DNA from: Pseudomonadota bacterium
GTDB lineage: Bacteria > Bdellovibrionota > Bdellovibrionia > Bdellovibrionales > Bdellovibrionaceae
Assembly: GCA_041178425.1 (NCBI GenBank)
Contig: JBEGVH010000010.1
Coordinates: 96,001 to 160,000, forward strand
Direction of reading: 5' to 3'
Length of the DNA: 64,000 bases
In this document: piece by piece, positions 1 through 10,393 of the stretch
How positions within the stretch are numbered: the first letter of the stretch is position 1
How the letters are laid out: each line of letters starts with the position of its first letter
Notes under the pieces: model-generated
The model's input: the letters and a program-made list of their open reading frames with translations, nothing else
What the model was told of the DNA's origin: nothing
The model's database searches: none
Position numbers and translations under genes: made by a program

Positions 1-1818
1 ATAACTTCCGAAGCGCGCAATAGTCATGTAAGACTGCAGGAGTTCCAGAGGACGCAACTCAAGGGCCCCCAAACTGAGTGAGGGGACCGCGGGCAGATCC
101 GACTGTACTCCCAATTCTTTAGCCGTCTCAATAATAGGATTCAGGCCAATATCAACGGCCAGCTGAGCCGTTGCCAGATTGAGACTCTCCTTTAAACCAA
201 AATACATCGGAACTTTTCCGAAGAATTTATGATCATAATTTGCAGGAGACCACTTTTGTTTTCCATAAGAATAGGTGAACGGCTCGTCCTTTAATTCTGA
301 AATAGGGCTGAATTTCTCTTCATCCGACTCTAATGCTGTCAAATAGACAATTGGCTTAAAAGTAGAACCGACTTGCCGTTTTGAAGTGAGAATACGGTTA
401 AACTGGGTAGTTCGATAAGAGCGGCCTCCGACCACGGCGCGCACGCCGCCCGTTTCAATATCCACGGATACCAAGGCGCTCTCTAGGTTTATTTTTTTTG
501 TTTCTCTCACTTTTTTAATTACGGCGTTTTGACTTTCGATAGATTCAAGACTCTTAACAACAGCCGCCTGAGCCGCTTCTTGCAGTCGCAGATCAAGAGT
601 GGTGAATAAGCGATAACCGGAGAGATCCGAAATACCTGACTTCTTTGCTTGCTCCACTGCGGCCTGGAGGAAGTAAGGGAGAGTTGTATAAAGTTTAATA
701 TTTTCATTTTGAGGAAGAGGCTCTCCTTCAGCTTGCTTTTTTTCCTCAGATGAAATTAATTTTTGTTCTTCCATTTTCTCAAGCACAACAGAGCGTCGCG
801 CCATCGCTTTCTCAGGATTTTTAAATGGACTGTATTGTCCAGGACTGTTGACAATCGCCGCGAGTAGACTGCATTGGCCAAGAGTTAGATCAGAGACTGA
901 CTTTTGAAAATAATAACGACTGGCGGCTCCATAACCTCGAACCTGATAGGGACCCTGTTGACCCATGTAAATAACATTAAGGTAGGTTTCTAAAATCAAA
1001 TCTTTGTCGAGATGATGCTCTATTAAAAGAGCCATGACAAATTCGAGGGCTTTACGCTTAATTGTTTTCTCAGGTGTTAAGAAGTAGTTTTTGATTAATT
1101 GCTGAGTTAAAGTGCTTCCTCCTTGCGCCTTTCGCCCCTCAACAAGATTAACAAAGACCGCTCTCATGATACCAATCGGACTTACACCCCGATGCTCCAA
1201 AAACTTTGCATCTTCGATGGCAATAATGGCATTCAAGCAGGACACCGGAATCTCGGGAAGACCGTGCTCCTCTCGCAAAATTGGCTCCCCTCCAAGGTAT
1301 TGGGCCACCACCTGGGGAGCAACAATAAAATGCGATCTCGCTTGAGAGGGCTCACCATCAAAAATACCCTTAATGAGATTTGAAGAATCGATCCAAAGTG
1401 TCTCTACCCAAGGTTGACGAAACAACGGATGCTCCCCCTTATCCCAAACCACTCGCAGGCAGTGATCCCCTTCGATGATTTCATGACCTTCAGGTAAATA
1501 GGCCGAGCACTGAGCCCCCTCCAGAAAGGCAAAATCTCCAGGAAAGAGACTTTGCTGGGCCGTTCTTGATCGAAGGGATTTAGCAAGTTGTTCTCTTAAG
1601 GCTTCGATTGGGATTGTATCGCCGACCTTCCAATGTCCTATATGAGAATAGAAGATGGTAGGCTGCAGGAGCTGCTTTTGCTGCATCTTAAGAAGCATGT
1701 CTTGATCTACTTTATAAACAAAGAGACCACCCGCAATGATGATTAGCGTCACTAGAATGAGAAATCCTAGCACCGCGAAAATGACAAAACCTCTCTTGTT
1801 GTTTTTCTGATGAGTCAT
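1..1818 (-). CDS. mrcB: Class A bifunctional penicillin-binding protein (PBP1B-like), truncated by the window edge
   Basis: Not in the ORF track; translated by hand from ATG 1818: N-terminal TM (MTHQKNNKRGFVIFAVLGFLILV), transglycosylase motifs AIEDAKFLEHRG, GGSTLTQQLIKN and RKALE, transpeptidase SxxK (RQVGSTFKP). Confidence 0.9.
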   Translation of the reverse strand, partial: MTHQKNNKRGFVIFAVLGFLILVTLIIIAGGLFVYKVDQDMLLKMQQKQLLQPTIFYSHIGHWKVGDTIPIEALREQLAKSLRSRTAQQSLFPGDFAFLEGAQCSAYLPEGHEIIEGDHCLRVVWDKGEHPLFRQPWVETLWIDSSNLIKGIFDGEPSQARSHFIVAPQVVAQYLGGEPILREEHGLPEIPVSCLNAIIAIEDAKFLEHRGVSPIGIMRAVFVNLVEGRKAQGGSTLTQQLIKNYFLTPEKTIKRKALEFVMALLIEHHLDKDLILETYLNVIYMGQQGPYQVRGYGAASRYYFQKSVSDLTLGQCSLLAAIVNSPGQYSPFKNPEKAMARRSVVLEKMEEQKLISSEEKKQAEGEPLPQNENIKLYTTLPYFLQAAVEQAKKSGISDLSGYRLFTTLDLRLQEAAQAAVVKSLESIESQNAVIKKVRETKKINLESALVSVDIETGGVRAVVGGRSYRTTQFNRILTSKRQVGSTFKPIVYLTALESDEEKFSPISELKDEPFTYSYGKQKWSPANYDHKFFGKVPMYFGLKESLNLATAQLAVDIGLNPIIETAKELGVQSDLPAVPSLSLGALELRPLELLQSYMTIARFGSY

Positions 1819-1825
1819 GACCTTG

Positions 1826-1854
1826 ACATTAGAAACAGACCCTCGTTTAGTCAA
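1826..1854 (-). promoter_or_regulatory. Sigma70-type promoter of the PBP gene, leaderless geometry
   Basis: TTGACT-N17-TAATGT, then 7 nt to ATG 1818; no SD. Confidence 0.6.
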
Positions 1855-1928
1855 AGCCTTACCCCAAGCAAAATTCACCAAAATAAAACAAATTTGGTGT
1901 TTTGCTCCGAGGAAGCCTAAGGAGTTAT

Positions 1929-2207
1929 ATGAAGCTAACCCCAAATCAAATACAAGCGATCGTAGAAAAGGTTTTCAAACACTGGAAGGTCAAGAATATT
2001 GCAACCTTCAAAGAAGATGAAAAAAAGGTGCTCCTAAGAGGAATTGAGCTCCTCAAGCTTGAACTGCAAAAGGAGTCGGACCTCGACAAAGAGGTCAACA
2101 AAAAACTCGATGAACTGGAACGATCGAACCCAGGTGAGTTTCAACGCCACAAAATGTTTCAACTTGTAAAAACAAAATTGGCAAAAGAAAAAAAGGTGGT
2201 CCTATGA
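1929..2207 (+). CDS. DUF507 family protein
   Basis: SD AAGGAG before ATG 1929; MKLTPNQIQAIVEKVF...MFQLVKTKLAKEKKVVL resembles DUF507. Confidence 0.7.
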   Translation: MKLTPNQIQAIVEKVFKHWKVKNIATFKEDEKKVLLRGIELLKLELQKESDLDKEVNKKLDELERSNPGEFQRHKMFQLVKTKLAKEKKVVL

Positions 2208-2479
2208 TTTTGTCGGAAGAACGCCAACTCCACTTCGCTCGAGTTCTGACTGATGAACTCTGGAATGACGACCTCGTCGATTACTCTGATGATGATCTCG
2301 CACTAAGGGTGGCTCGCCAAGCGATCACTGAATTTGTTAAAGAGGATCTAGAAATCGATCAAAAAGCGAGAGAAAAAGTAGCAAGCTTAAAACGTTCTGT
2401 GATAGAAAGCTCCCCCGAGTGGGAAATCCTATACAAAAAATATTATGAAGAAGAGAGGAATCGTCGTGGCAGCAAATAA
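2204..2479 (+). CDS. DUF507 family protein, second paralog
   Basis: ATGA overlap with the upstream gene; MILSEERQLHFA...SPEWEILYKKYYEEE. Confidence 0.75.
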   Translation: MILSEERQLHFARVLTDELWNDDLVDYSDDDLALRVARQAITEFVKEDLEIDQKAREKVASLKRSVIESSPEWEILYKKYYEEERNRRGSK

Positions 2480-3050
2480 AAAACAAAAAAATAAGCCAGC
2501 AAAAAAAGCAACCCCAAAGAAGGTCACTGCAAAGAAGTCTTCTGCGAAGGTGGCTAAGCCGAAGGCAACCAAAACCAAGATCGTAAAAAAAGTGAGCCCA
2601 GCAAAAAAGGCAAAATCGGCTAAGAAGACAGCGACGAACAAGAAAAAACCGACCAAATCATCTCCCAAAGCTGTCGCTAAAGCGAAAAAATTGACCCCAA
2701 CAAAGACCGCTAGCAAAAAGCCGGCAGCTACTAAACCTACCACCGCCAAAACAAAAGCTTGGATGAAGCCGCTGGATGATCGCCTCTTAGTTGAACTCAT
2801 CGAAGCCGACCAAGTCAGCCAAGGCGGAATCATTCTCGTTGATTCATCAATTCAACCTGAAAATCTTGAGGGCTTTGTCACTGCGATCGGGCGCGGTCAC
2901 CAAAATAAAAAAGGCCGTATTCATCCGATTGAGCTCAAAGTTGGAGATAAAATTATTTTTTCCAAATACGCAGGTGACAAGGTCTCCCATAATGGTGTTA
3001 ATTTTGTAATTATTCGCGAAACTGACGTATTAGGCTTCGCTGCCAATTAA
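2466..3050 (+). CDS. groES: Co-chaperonin GroES with an N-terminal Lys/Ala/Pro/Thr-rich histone-H1-like extension
   Basis: C-terminal MKPLDDRLLVE...GGIIL...KVGDKIIFSKYAG...IIRETDVLG is Cpn10; GTG 2466 follows GAGAGGA; about 98 aa of KKAT/AKK repeats precede the domain. Confidence 0.85.
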   Translation: MAANKKQKNKPAKKATPKKVTAKKSSAKVAKPKATKTKIVKKVSPAKKAKSAKKTATNKKKPTKSSPKAVAKAKKLTPTKTASKKPAATKPTTAKTKAWMKPLDDRLLVELIEADQVSQGGIILVDSSIQPENLEGFVTAIGRGHQNKKGRIHPIELKVGDKIIFSKYAGDKVSHNGVNFVIIRETDVLGFAAN

Positions 3051-3078
3051 ATATTGGGTGCTCTAGGGAGGGGTTAGA

Positions 3079-4518
3079 ATGTTTAGAAGATCACTTTTAT
3101 TGATTTCAAGTTCTGTTTTGATGCTTCAACAGTCCGCGATGGGGATGATGCTCGACTGGAAAGGGCAATACCGAATCGAGTATGTTGAGGTGGATAAAAG
3201 TGAAATGACGTCGGGTAGTCGAAAAGGCTACCTTCTCAACAATCTCGTCTTGATGCCTCACATTCTTCCCAGCGATGGAGTGGAAATCGTAGGGAGAATT
3301 CATCTTACCGAAAACTCTGACCCCCGCTATACGAATTCACAGATGGGGTCAGTGTGGGGTAACAGCACTCGCGCCAAGACGGATCCACCATCTTCATCAT
3401 CATATATCGATGACTCAAACGCACTGGCTCAGTTCCGACCAAAAACTCCTCTTGCTGTGAGCCAAATGTATCTCAAGCTTGATCAGGAATGGGGCTCTCT
3501 TGTGGTAGGACGCGCTCCTGTTCAGTTTGGCCTCGGCATTACTCACAATGCAGGCAATGATCCGTTTTCTCATTGGTACGATACTCGCGATATTCTTGCC
3601 TACAAAATGCATATCGGAAACCTTTTCATCATGCCCTCTATTAGCAAGCAATTGGCAGACGACTTTCAACTTGGAAACGAGATTACAAATCAAACCATTC
3701 ACCTGGAATACAAAAATCCCGACACGGGAGATTGGCTAGGTCTTTTCTATGAGACGACAAGAGCCAATCCTAATGCGAATGATATTCCATTGGCGCGCCT
3801 AAATGGCGCTAACCTTAGTGGCTCGATGAGTTTGAATTCGTACAATATTATTCTTGGTAAAGACTTTTCTCAGTTCAACTTTAGAGTCGAAGGTGGTTTT
3901 CAATCGGGATCAACGGGTGCCGTTACTGCTACCGCCAAAGATATTAAAGTTAGTAGCTACGCCGTGGTGAGTGAGTTTAATATTTTTCCTACTGATAGCA
4001 AAAATACTTGGACCGTTAAAGCGGGCTCCGTCAGCGGCGACAACCCCGACACCGAAGACTTTGAGGGCTACCTTCTTGATCGCAATTACGACTTAGCCTT
4101 CGTGCTATTTAACCATGCTGTAGGCAGTAGCACAGATATTTTTAAAACAAAACTTGGCCATGCCGATCCGGGCCCATACACCTTGCGAAACAGCGCTGAT
4201 GATGAATTCGTAAGCAATGTATTGTTCATTGCGCCACAATGGACACGACAGCTTGCCGATCGCTGGAATATGAGAAATACTTTGATCGCTGCGCGCTTGA
4301 ATAATACTCGCATGACTGTTGGAAACTCTGTTGAAGACATTAGTAGCGACGTAGGCTTTGAGTGGGACCTTGGGTTTAGCTTCAAAGCCAGCGACAATAT
4401 GGAGTGGAGATTCAACTCGGGACTCTTGGTGCCTGGAAAGGCTTTCAAGATGGGGTCTGCTGATTTGAAGACTTCAACAATATTAGGTTTAAACACTGCG
4501 GCCGCCATCACATTTTAA
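3079..4518 (+). CDS. Outer-membrane beta-barrel (porin-like) protein
   Basis: Signal peptide, amphipathic beta strands, GRAPVQFGLGI segment, C-terminal Phe; strong SD GGGAGG. Confidence 0.7.
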   Translation: MFRRSLLLISSSVLMLQQSAMGMMLDWKGQYRIEYVEVDKSEMTSGSRKGYLLNNLVLMPHILPSDGVEIVGRIHLTENSDPRYTNSQMGSVWGNSTRAKTDPPSSSSYIDDSNALAQFRPKTPLAVSQMYLKLDQEWGSLVVGRAPVQFGLGITHNAGNDPFSHWYDTRDILAYKMHIGNLFIMPSISKQLADDFQLGNEITNQTIHLEYKNPDTGDWLGLFYETTRANPNANDIPLARLNGANLSGSMSLNSYNIILGKDFSQFNFRVEGGFQSGSTGAVTATAKDIKVSSYAVVSEFNIFPTDSKNTWTVKAGSVSGDNPDTEDFEGYLLDRNYDLAFVLFNHAVGSSTDIFKTKLGHADPGPYTLRNSADDEFVSNVLFIAPQWTRQLADRWNMRNTLIAARLNNTRMTVGNSVEDISSDVGFEWDLGFSFKASDNMEWRFNSGLLVPGKAFKMGSADLKTSTILGLNTAAAITF

Positions 4519-4618
4519 AGACATTTTATTTATTCAACTTGATAAGCATCTTTGATAGCAACTTGTTAACAGCTCGTTTGGCGGCCGTTCTTTTCTAGAT
4601 CGACAACGCCCTTGAAGA

Positions 4619-5347
4619 TCAAGGGCGTATTGGCTTGTAAAACAATATAAAATCACTCAAGCCATGTTGCTCAACAATTCCAAGCCGAACATTTTCTTTG
4701 GGCGGTTTTTTCCAAAAGACTGATTTGTTTCTGATGGCACAACCCAGTGGACTCTTTCCGGTAAAATCGGCTCCTTCAGCGGAACAGGGAATTCTATTCA
4801 CTTCGGGCTCTCGATCAGACTTTGCCAAAGGAACGGCAGTGACCGAGAGAAATCGAACATCTTCAGGATTATTTTTTAGTCGCTGAATCGGGTTATTCTT
4901 AATGAGCTGCGAAGAATAAACATGAGGAACCACAACTGCGATTCTCTTGTTTTTATACGGATCACTATTCCAAAGTGTCTTCAAAGCCTCTTCTTCCTTT
5001 TTGAGATCAAGAACTTGTTCTTGGAATCCCCAAGGCGCTTTTAGATTCAATCCTTGCTCGATAATAATTTCGTCGAACTTCCATCCAGGTTCTCGCGCTG
5101 CCAAAATAAAATCGCGCCAAATCTCTAGGTGCTCAGGTTCTTCAGGATCCACACCTAAAAAGACAATATTATGATCTTTTATTTCTTGGCGGAGTCGCAT
5201 GAGAATAGATTGACTCACCTCTTGAGCATTTTGAAATTCACTCAACTTAATTTTGGCCAAGGGTTTACCCTGGAGCCCAAGTTGAATAACCCATACAAGA
5301 GCGGCGACAGACACGAGACCAACAAAGGTAATATAAAGGTATTTCAT
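4619..5347 (-). CDS. Membrane-anchored hypothetical protein
   Basis: Long ORF; N-terminal TM MKYLYITFVGLVSVAALVWVIQ; TTGACA-N17-CAAACA promoter 6 nt before ATG 5347. Confidence 0.7.
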   Translation of the reverse strand: MKYLYITFVGLVSVAALVWVIQLGLQGKPLAKIKLSEFQNAQEVSQSILMRLRQEIKDHNIVFLGVDPEEPEHLEIWRDFILAAREPGWKFDEIIIEQGLNLKAPWGFQEQVLDLKKEEEALKTLWNSDPYKNKRIAVVVPHVYSSQLIKNNPIQRLKNNPEDVRFLSVTAVPLAKSDREPEVNRIPCSAEGADFTGKSPLGCAIRNKSVFWKKPPKENVRLGIVEQHGLSDFILFYKPIRP

Positions 5348-5545
5348 ATGGGCTGTTTGCGCTTTTGGGCTCAAACTGTCAAGAATGGTTCATACCCCAC
5401 CAGCGTTATATTGCTTCCAATTCACTAAAATGACTTGGGATTTAAGCCGCCCCCAAAAAACTCACGATTATCAACCCCGCCCCAAGAAAAGCCCTAGACA
5501 TTTCATCCGTACGCCCTTAAAAGCTCAAAAAAAGGACTTGATCCC

Positions 5546-6286
5546 ATGAGACAGGTACCCACATTTAAATATTTAATCATCGGCAATGGTCGAACCGCTC
5601 ATCATATGCGTTTCTACCTTACTCACCTCGGTCACCTGGTTGAGGGATGGCATTACACCACCCAATCTGTAGACCAATTAAAATATTTAGCAACTTGGAG
5701 TGATCGAACCTTAATCCTTATCAAAGATTCTGCGATGGAGGAGTTCGTTGAACAATTCGCTTTTTTAAGAGCTTCCAAAACCATTCATTTTTCGGGAGCC
5801 CTCGATATTCCTGGTCTTGCTAATGTACACCCACTCATTAGTTTTAGCCACGATCTCTTCGACCTAGAATTTTATAAACGTATTCCCTTTGCTATTTTTG
5901 CAACGAATCCTATCGCCTTGACTACTCTCTTACCAGGCCTTCCCAATCCAAGCTTTATCATTCCAAAAAATCAAAAAGCTCTTTATCACGGTTTGTGTGT
6001 TACTAGTGGGAACTTTACGGTTTTACTTTGGCAAATCATTGGCAAAACCTTTTTGGAGACACTCGGAGTTACTAGTGCCCATCTGGTTCCGTATCTCGAG
6101 AGTGTCACTAGCAATTTGAAAACACAATGGGACAACGCTCTCACGGGCCCAATTGCTCGTCGCGACTCAAAAACACTTTTAAAGAACTACTCGGCAATAA
6201 AAGAAACTCCACTCAAGGAACTTTTTGAGGCCCATGTCAGAATTGCCTGGCCCGAATTTAGTTCAGAACACTTTGACCAACGATAA
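5546..6286 (+). CDS. Rossmann-like/DUF2520 oxidoreductase, putative PanG-type ketopantoate reductase
   Basis: IIGNGRTA Rossmann motif, HFSGAL, HPL, KALYH...SGNF, ALTGPIARRD; first gene of the pan operon. Confidence 0.75.
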   Translation: MRQVPTFKYLIIGNGRTAHHMRFYLTHLGHLVEGWHYTTQSVDQLKYLATWSDRTLILIKDSAMEEFVEQFAFLRASKTIHFSGALDIPGLANVHPLISFSHDLFDLEFYKRIPFAIFATNPIALTTLLPGLPNPSFIIPKNQKALYHGLCVTSGNFTVLLWQIIGKTFLETLGVTSAHLVPYLESVTSNLKTQWDNALTGPIARRDSKTLLKNYSAIKETPLKELFEAHVRIAWPEFSSEHFDQR

Positions 6287-6299
6287 GGAAAGAAAAATT

Positions 6300-7106
6300 A
6301 TGGCACCCATAAAAGTTAAATCCGTTCTTGATTTTCAACGTAAAAAGCAAGCTCATCAAAAAATCACTATGCTCACTTGCTACGATTCATGGTCAGCCAA
6401 AATTCTTGATGACTCTAAAATCGATTGCCTACTTATCGGCGACAGCGTTGCCATGGTTCAACACGGTCACAAAACTACTATACCAGCCACGAACGATCTG
6501 ATGGCCTTGCATTGTGAAGCTGTTGTTCGCGGCGCTCCCAATCAGTTTCTTATTGGAGATCTGCCCTTCATGAGCTATCGCAAATCGTTTGCCAGCAGTG
6601 TAGAAGCTGCGGAAAAACTGATGAGAACGGGCGTTCATGCTGTTAAACTTGAAGGGGCCGAGGGCAATATTGATCTGGTTAAACACTTGGTACAGTCGGG
6701 TATCCCCGTTATGGGTCACATCGGGCTCACTCCCCAGGCGATTTACCAAATGGGAGGCTTTAGAGTTCAAGGAAAAAGCCCTGAGGCCGCAGAGCAGTTA
6801 AAAAAACAAGCCTTGGCCCTTGAAGAGGCTGGTTGCTTTTCGCTTGTTCTGGAGTGTGTTCCCGCTCAACTTGCTAATCACATAACTCAAAGCTTGAAAA
6901 TTCCAACCATTGGCATAGGTGCTGGCGCTGGGACCGACGGACAGGTTTTGGTTCTCCATGATATGTTGGGCCTCAATAAGGAATTTAGCCCCCGTTTTGT
7001 ACGCAAATATCTCAATGGAGTTGAGCTAATCCAGTCGGCTATTAATGATTTTATTGAAGACGTCGAGACGAATCAGTTTCCTACGGAACAAGAGTCATAC
7101 ACATGA
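6300..7106 (+). CDS. panB: 3-methyl-2-oxobutanoate hydroxymethyltransferase
   Basis: KITMLTCYD, LIGDSVAMV, DLPFMSY, AVKLEG, GHIGLTPQ, GQVLVLHD. Confidence 0.97.
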   Translation: MAPIKVKSVLDFQRKKQAHQKITMLTCYDSWSAKILDDSKIDCLLIGDSVAMVQHGHKTTIPATNDLMALHCEAVVRGAPNQFLIGDLPFMSYRKSFASSVEAAEKLMRTGVHAVKLEGAEGNIDLVKHLVQSGIPVMGHIGLTPQAIYQMGGFRVQGKSPEAAEQLKKQALALEEAGCFSLVLECVPAQLANHITQSLKIPTIGIGAGAGTDGQVLVLHDMLGLNKEFSPRFVRKYLNGVELIQSAINDFIEDVETNQFPTEQESYT

Positions 7107-7858
7107 TAAAAATTTTGGAAACAACAAAAGAGCTACAGGACTACCGAAAAACGCTCAACGGTCTCGTCGGGTTTGTTCCAACCATGGGTGCTCTGCACGC
7201 CGGGCATGCTTCATTATTGAAAGAAGCTCGCGAAAAATGTGATCATGTGATTCTCAGTATTTTCGTTAATCCCACCCAATTTAATGACCCAAAAGACCTC
7301 GAAAAATATCCTCGCACTTTTGATGCCGATCGAGATTTAGCAGAAAAAGAAGGTGTTGATGCTATTTTTTATCCGCAAATGGCTGATCTTTATCCCGATG
7401 GCTATCGGTATGAAGTTCGTGAGAAACAATGGAGCCAACACTTTTGCGGCGCCCATAGGGCAGGCCATTTCGAAGGGGTTCTCACGATTGTCTTAAAACT
7501 ATTTAACTTGGTACAACCTGATTTCGCGTTTTTCGGAGAAAAAGATTATCAACAACTCCGTTTGATTCAAGATATGGTGAACGCTTTTTTTCTCCCTCTT
7601 ACTGTTGTGCCTGTTCCCACATTACGCGAATCTGATGGTTTAGCGATGAGCTCTAGAAATACTCGCCTGACTCCCGAAGAGAAAGAACGAGCCCCTCAAC
7701 TCTATAGAATTATCTCCTCGTCCCCATCGGCTCCTCAAGCAAAAAAACTATTAGAGGAAGCCGGCTTTGTTGTAGATTACATCGAGGATTGGGAAGGTCG
7801 AAGGCTAGCCGCAATTCACCTAGGCTCAGTGAGGTTAATTGATAATGTTAAAATCTAG
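7103..7858 (+). CDS. panC: Pantoate--beta-alanine ligase
   Basis: FVPTMGALHAGH, SIFVNPTQF, FGEKDYQQL, RESDGLAMSSRN, RLIDN. Confidence 0.97.
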   Translation: MIKILETTKELQDYRKTLNGLVGFVPTMGALHAGHASLLKEAREKCDHVILSIFVNPTQFNDPKDLEKYPRTFDADRDLAEKEGVDAIFYPQMADLYPDGYRYEVREKQWSQHFCGAHRAGHFEGVLTIVLKLFNLVQPDFAFFGEKDYQQLRLIQDMVNAFFLPLTVVPVPTLRESDGLAMSSRNTRLTPEEKERAPQLYRIISSSPSAPQAKKLLEEAGFVVDYIEDWEGRRLAAIHLGSVRLIDNVKI

Positions 7859-9128
7859 AAATAAACACATTTTATTTTTGATGAGTGGCTCCATTGCTGC
7901 CTACAAAAGCTGTCATGTTATTTCACAGCTCGTTCAAAAGGGCCACCAGGTTCAGGTCGTCACCACGCCTTCGGCGATGAATTTTATTGGTGCTGCCACC
8001 CTCGAGGGGCTGACCGGACGCCCGGTTGTTTGTGATCTTTACGCTCCCAACCACATGATGGAGCACATTCACCTTGCTCGTTGGGCCGATTTAGTAATCC
8101 TTTGCCCAGCGACGGCCAACACCATCAACAAAATGGCCCAAGGAATTGGTGACGATCTCGTTACAAGCTTATTTTTGGCGCATGATTTTAAGAAACCTTT
8201 TCTCATTGCTCCTGCCATGAATACGGCTATGTACGAGCACCCCCTTACCCAGGCATCATTAGAAAAACTGAAGGCCCTTGGGCTTAAAATTCTTGCAACT
8301 GGAGCAGGAGCCCTGGCTTGTGGTGAGGTCGGAGCGGGGCGACTGCTGGAGCCTGAACAAATTATCGATTGCATCACAAGAGAACTGGAGTTCTTACAAT
8401 TGACTGAAAGATTGGAATCTCCCAATTCCTCCAAAACAACAGCTCGAAAAATTCTCATTACCAGTGGGGGCACCCAGGAACCTATCGATGCTATGAGGGT
8501 CATCACCAACCTTAGCACTGGCCAAACGGGCGCATTCTTAGCTGAAGTATTTTATGATTTTGGTTTTGAAGTTTTTTACTTGGGCGCTGCTAACGGCGCT
8601 AGACCCCAGCGCCCATGCCACCAGTTGAGCTTTAAGACTTTTAATGACCTCAACGACCAAGTGAAATCACTCCTTCAATCTCATTCATTTTTTGGAGTCA
8701 TTCATGCTGCTGCAGTGAGTGACTTTCATGTATCTCGACTCACCATTGGAGACGTGACCTCGGAGCCAGTAAACGGCAAATTACCTTCGAATCAAAAACT
8801 AGTCATCGAACTCGAACCAAACTTTAAGATTTTGCCCCGACTGAAAAGTTATTCGATGAACCCTGCCCTGACAATCGTTGGTTTTAAATACACTGCTACC
8901 GAAAACTCTGAAGCGAAGACCAAAGCCGTTCATAAACTCTTTCAAGAAGGAGGAGTTGATTGGGTGGTCCATAATGATCAGGCTGACATCGATAAACAGA
9001 GAGGCCTGCATCGCTTCACCTTACACTCACAGCATCATTCTTTGCCACTACCAAATAAGATGAGCTTGGCGGAATGCCTCTGCGAAAAATTTCAAATTTC
9101 AAGTGAAAACCGGGAGATTAACTTATGA
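7845..9128 (+). CDS. coaBC: Bifunctional phosphopantothenoylcysteine decarboxylase/synthetase
   Basis: [59 protein letters not shown]. Confidence 0.95.
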   Translation: MLKSRNKHILFLMSGSIAAYKSCHVISQLVQKGHQVQVVTTPSAMNFIGAATLEGLTGRPVVCDLYAPNHMMEHIHLARWADLVILCPATANTINKMAQGIGDDLVTSLFLAHDFKKPFLIAPAMNTAMYEHPLTQASLEKLKALGLKILATGAGALACGEVGAGRLLEPEQIIDCITRELEFLQLTERLESPNSSKTTARKILITSGGTQEPIDAMRVITNLSTGQTGAFLAEVFYDFGFEVFYLGAANGARPQRPCHQLSFKTFNDLNDQVKSLLQSHSFFGVIHAAAVSDFHVSRLTIGDVTSEPVNGKLPSNQKLVIELEPNFKILPRLKSYSMNPALTIVGFKYTATENSEAKTKAVHKLFQEGGVDWVVHNDQADIDKQRGLHRFTLHSQHHSLPLPNKMSLAECLCEKFQISSENREINL

Positions 9129-9904
9129 TATTAGCTCTGGATGTTGGAAACAGCCAAATCTTTGGTGGCGTTGTTCACCAAGATAAAATTATTTTGAGAT
9201 TCAGAAAAACCTCGAAAACCGGTGCTTCTTCTGATGAATACGGCCTCTTTTTGCGATCGGTTTTAAGAGAAAATGGTATCGATCCATCCGATATTACGGA
9301 AATTGCCCTTTGTTCGGTGGTTCCAGAGGTTGTCTATTCACTGAGAGGAGCCTGCCGGAAGTATTTTGAGATCACACCCTTTTCTATTCAGCCAGGAGTT
9401 AAAACGGGCCTGAAAATAAAATACCGAAACCCCATCGAGGTGGGAGCTGATCGTATTGCAAATGCCATCGCAGGAATTCATCTGTACGCTGATCGCCCCC
9501 TCATTATCGTGGATCTCGGCACGGCAACCACATTTTGCGCTATCAACAGCGACAAGGATTATCTTGGTGGCGTGATTATCGCAGGACTAAGACTCTCTAT
9601 GGAAGCGCTAGAAGCTAAAACTGCGAAGTTGCCATCGGTGGAAATTTTGACCATGAGTGAGACTCTTGGCCGATCGACAACAGAATCTCTTCAATCAGGT
9701 CTTTACTATGGTCATATGGGCCAGATTAGAGAAATTACACAACGGTTGACCAGAGAGTGTTTTCCCAATGAAAAGCCCTTTGTCATTGGCACAGGAGGCT
9801 TCGCTGGCCTTTTTGAAAAAGAAAAAGTTTTTGATGTTATTCACCCTGATCTGGTTTTGACGGGCTTAATTCAAGCATTAAAATTAAATTCTCAAGGAGC
9901 TTAA
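9125..9904 (+). CDS. coaX: Type III pantothenate kinase
   Basis: [27 protein letters not shown]. Confidence 0.96.
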   Translation: MILALDVGNSQIFGGVVHQDKIILRFRKTSKTGASSDEYGLFLRSVLRENGIDPSDITEIALCSVVPEVVYSLRGACRKYFEITPFSIQPGVKTGLKIKYRNPIEVGADRIANAIAGIHLYADRPLIIVDLGTATTFCAINSDKDYLGGVIIAGLRLSMEALEAKTAKLPSVEILTMSETLGRSTTESLQSGLYYGHMGQIREITQRLTRECFPNEKPFVIGTGGFAGLFEKEKVFDVIHPDLVLTGLIQALKLNSQGA

Positions 9905-9905
9905 A

Positions 9906-10265
9906 ATGAACGTAGAAATGTTAAAATGTAAAATTCATCGAGCCACAGTGACGGATGCAGACCTTAACTACGAAGGCTCCATCTCAATTTGCCCAAAACT
10001 AATTAAATCGAGTGGACTCCTTCTCAACGAGAAGGTTGATATCTATAACTGTAATAACGGGGCTCGTTTTTCAACCTACGTTATTCCCGGAAAAAATGGC
10101 GAAATTTGTCTAAATGGTGCCGCTGCTCGACATGTCCATACCGGCGACATTGTCATCATCGTTAGTTATTGCAATATGCCCCTAGAAGAAGCCAAGAAAC
10201 ACGTCCCTACCGTAGTCTTTGTTGATCCTAAAAACCGCCTTAAAACCATTAAAAGCAAGGGCTAA
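9906..10265 (+). CDS. panD: Aspartate 1-decarboxylase
   Basis: [33 protein letters not shown]. Confidence 0.97.
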   Translation: MNVEMLKCKIHRATVTDADLNYEGSISICPKLIKSSGLLLNEKVDIYNCNNGARFSTYVIPGKNGEICLNGAAARHVHTGDIVIIVSYCNMPLEEAKKHVPTVVFVDPKNRLKTIKSKG

Positions 10266-10343
10266 AGACTTTTTACTAAAACGATCGATTAAAGATTCTT
10301 TATTTAGAAGCCGCACACAAATAAGTGCGGTTTCTATGCTTTT

Positions 10344-10359
10344 TGGCTTATTTATTGCT
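10344..10359 (+). promoter_or_regulatory. Putative sigma54 (-24/-12) promoter
   Basis: TGGCTTATTTATTGCT is TGGC-N7-TTGC (GG-N10-GC), upstream of SD AGGAGG and TTG 10394. Confidence 0.6.
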
Positions 10360-10393
10360 ACTTTCTCCTGCTCACAGTCCGCAGGAGGCCTAC

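Noticed and set aside
519..2020. Short ORFs at 519, 1112, 1123, 1404 and 1817
   Set aside because: Shadows of the minus-strand PBP gene or the DUF507 gene
2429..2833. Hydrophobic 134-aa ORF
   Set aside because: Antisense artefact of the Lys-rich groES tail (AAA read as TTT)
4535..4569. CAACTTG(A/T)TAA direct repeat
   Set aside because: Two short copies in a convergent intergenic gap; no array or dif-like structure
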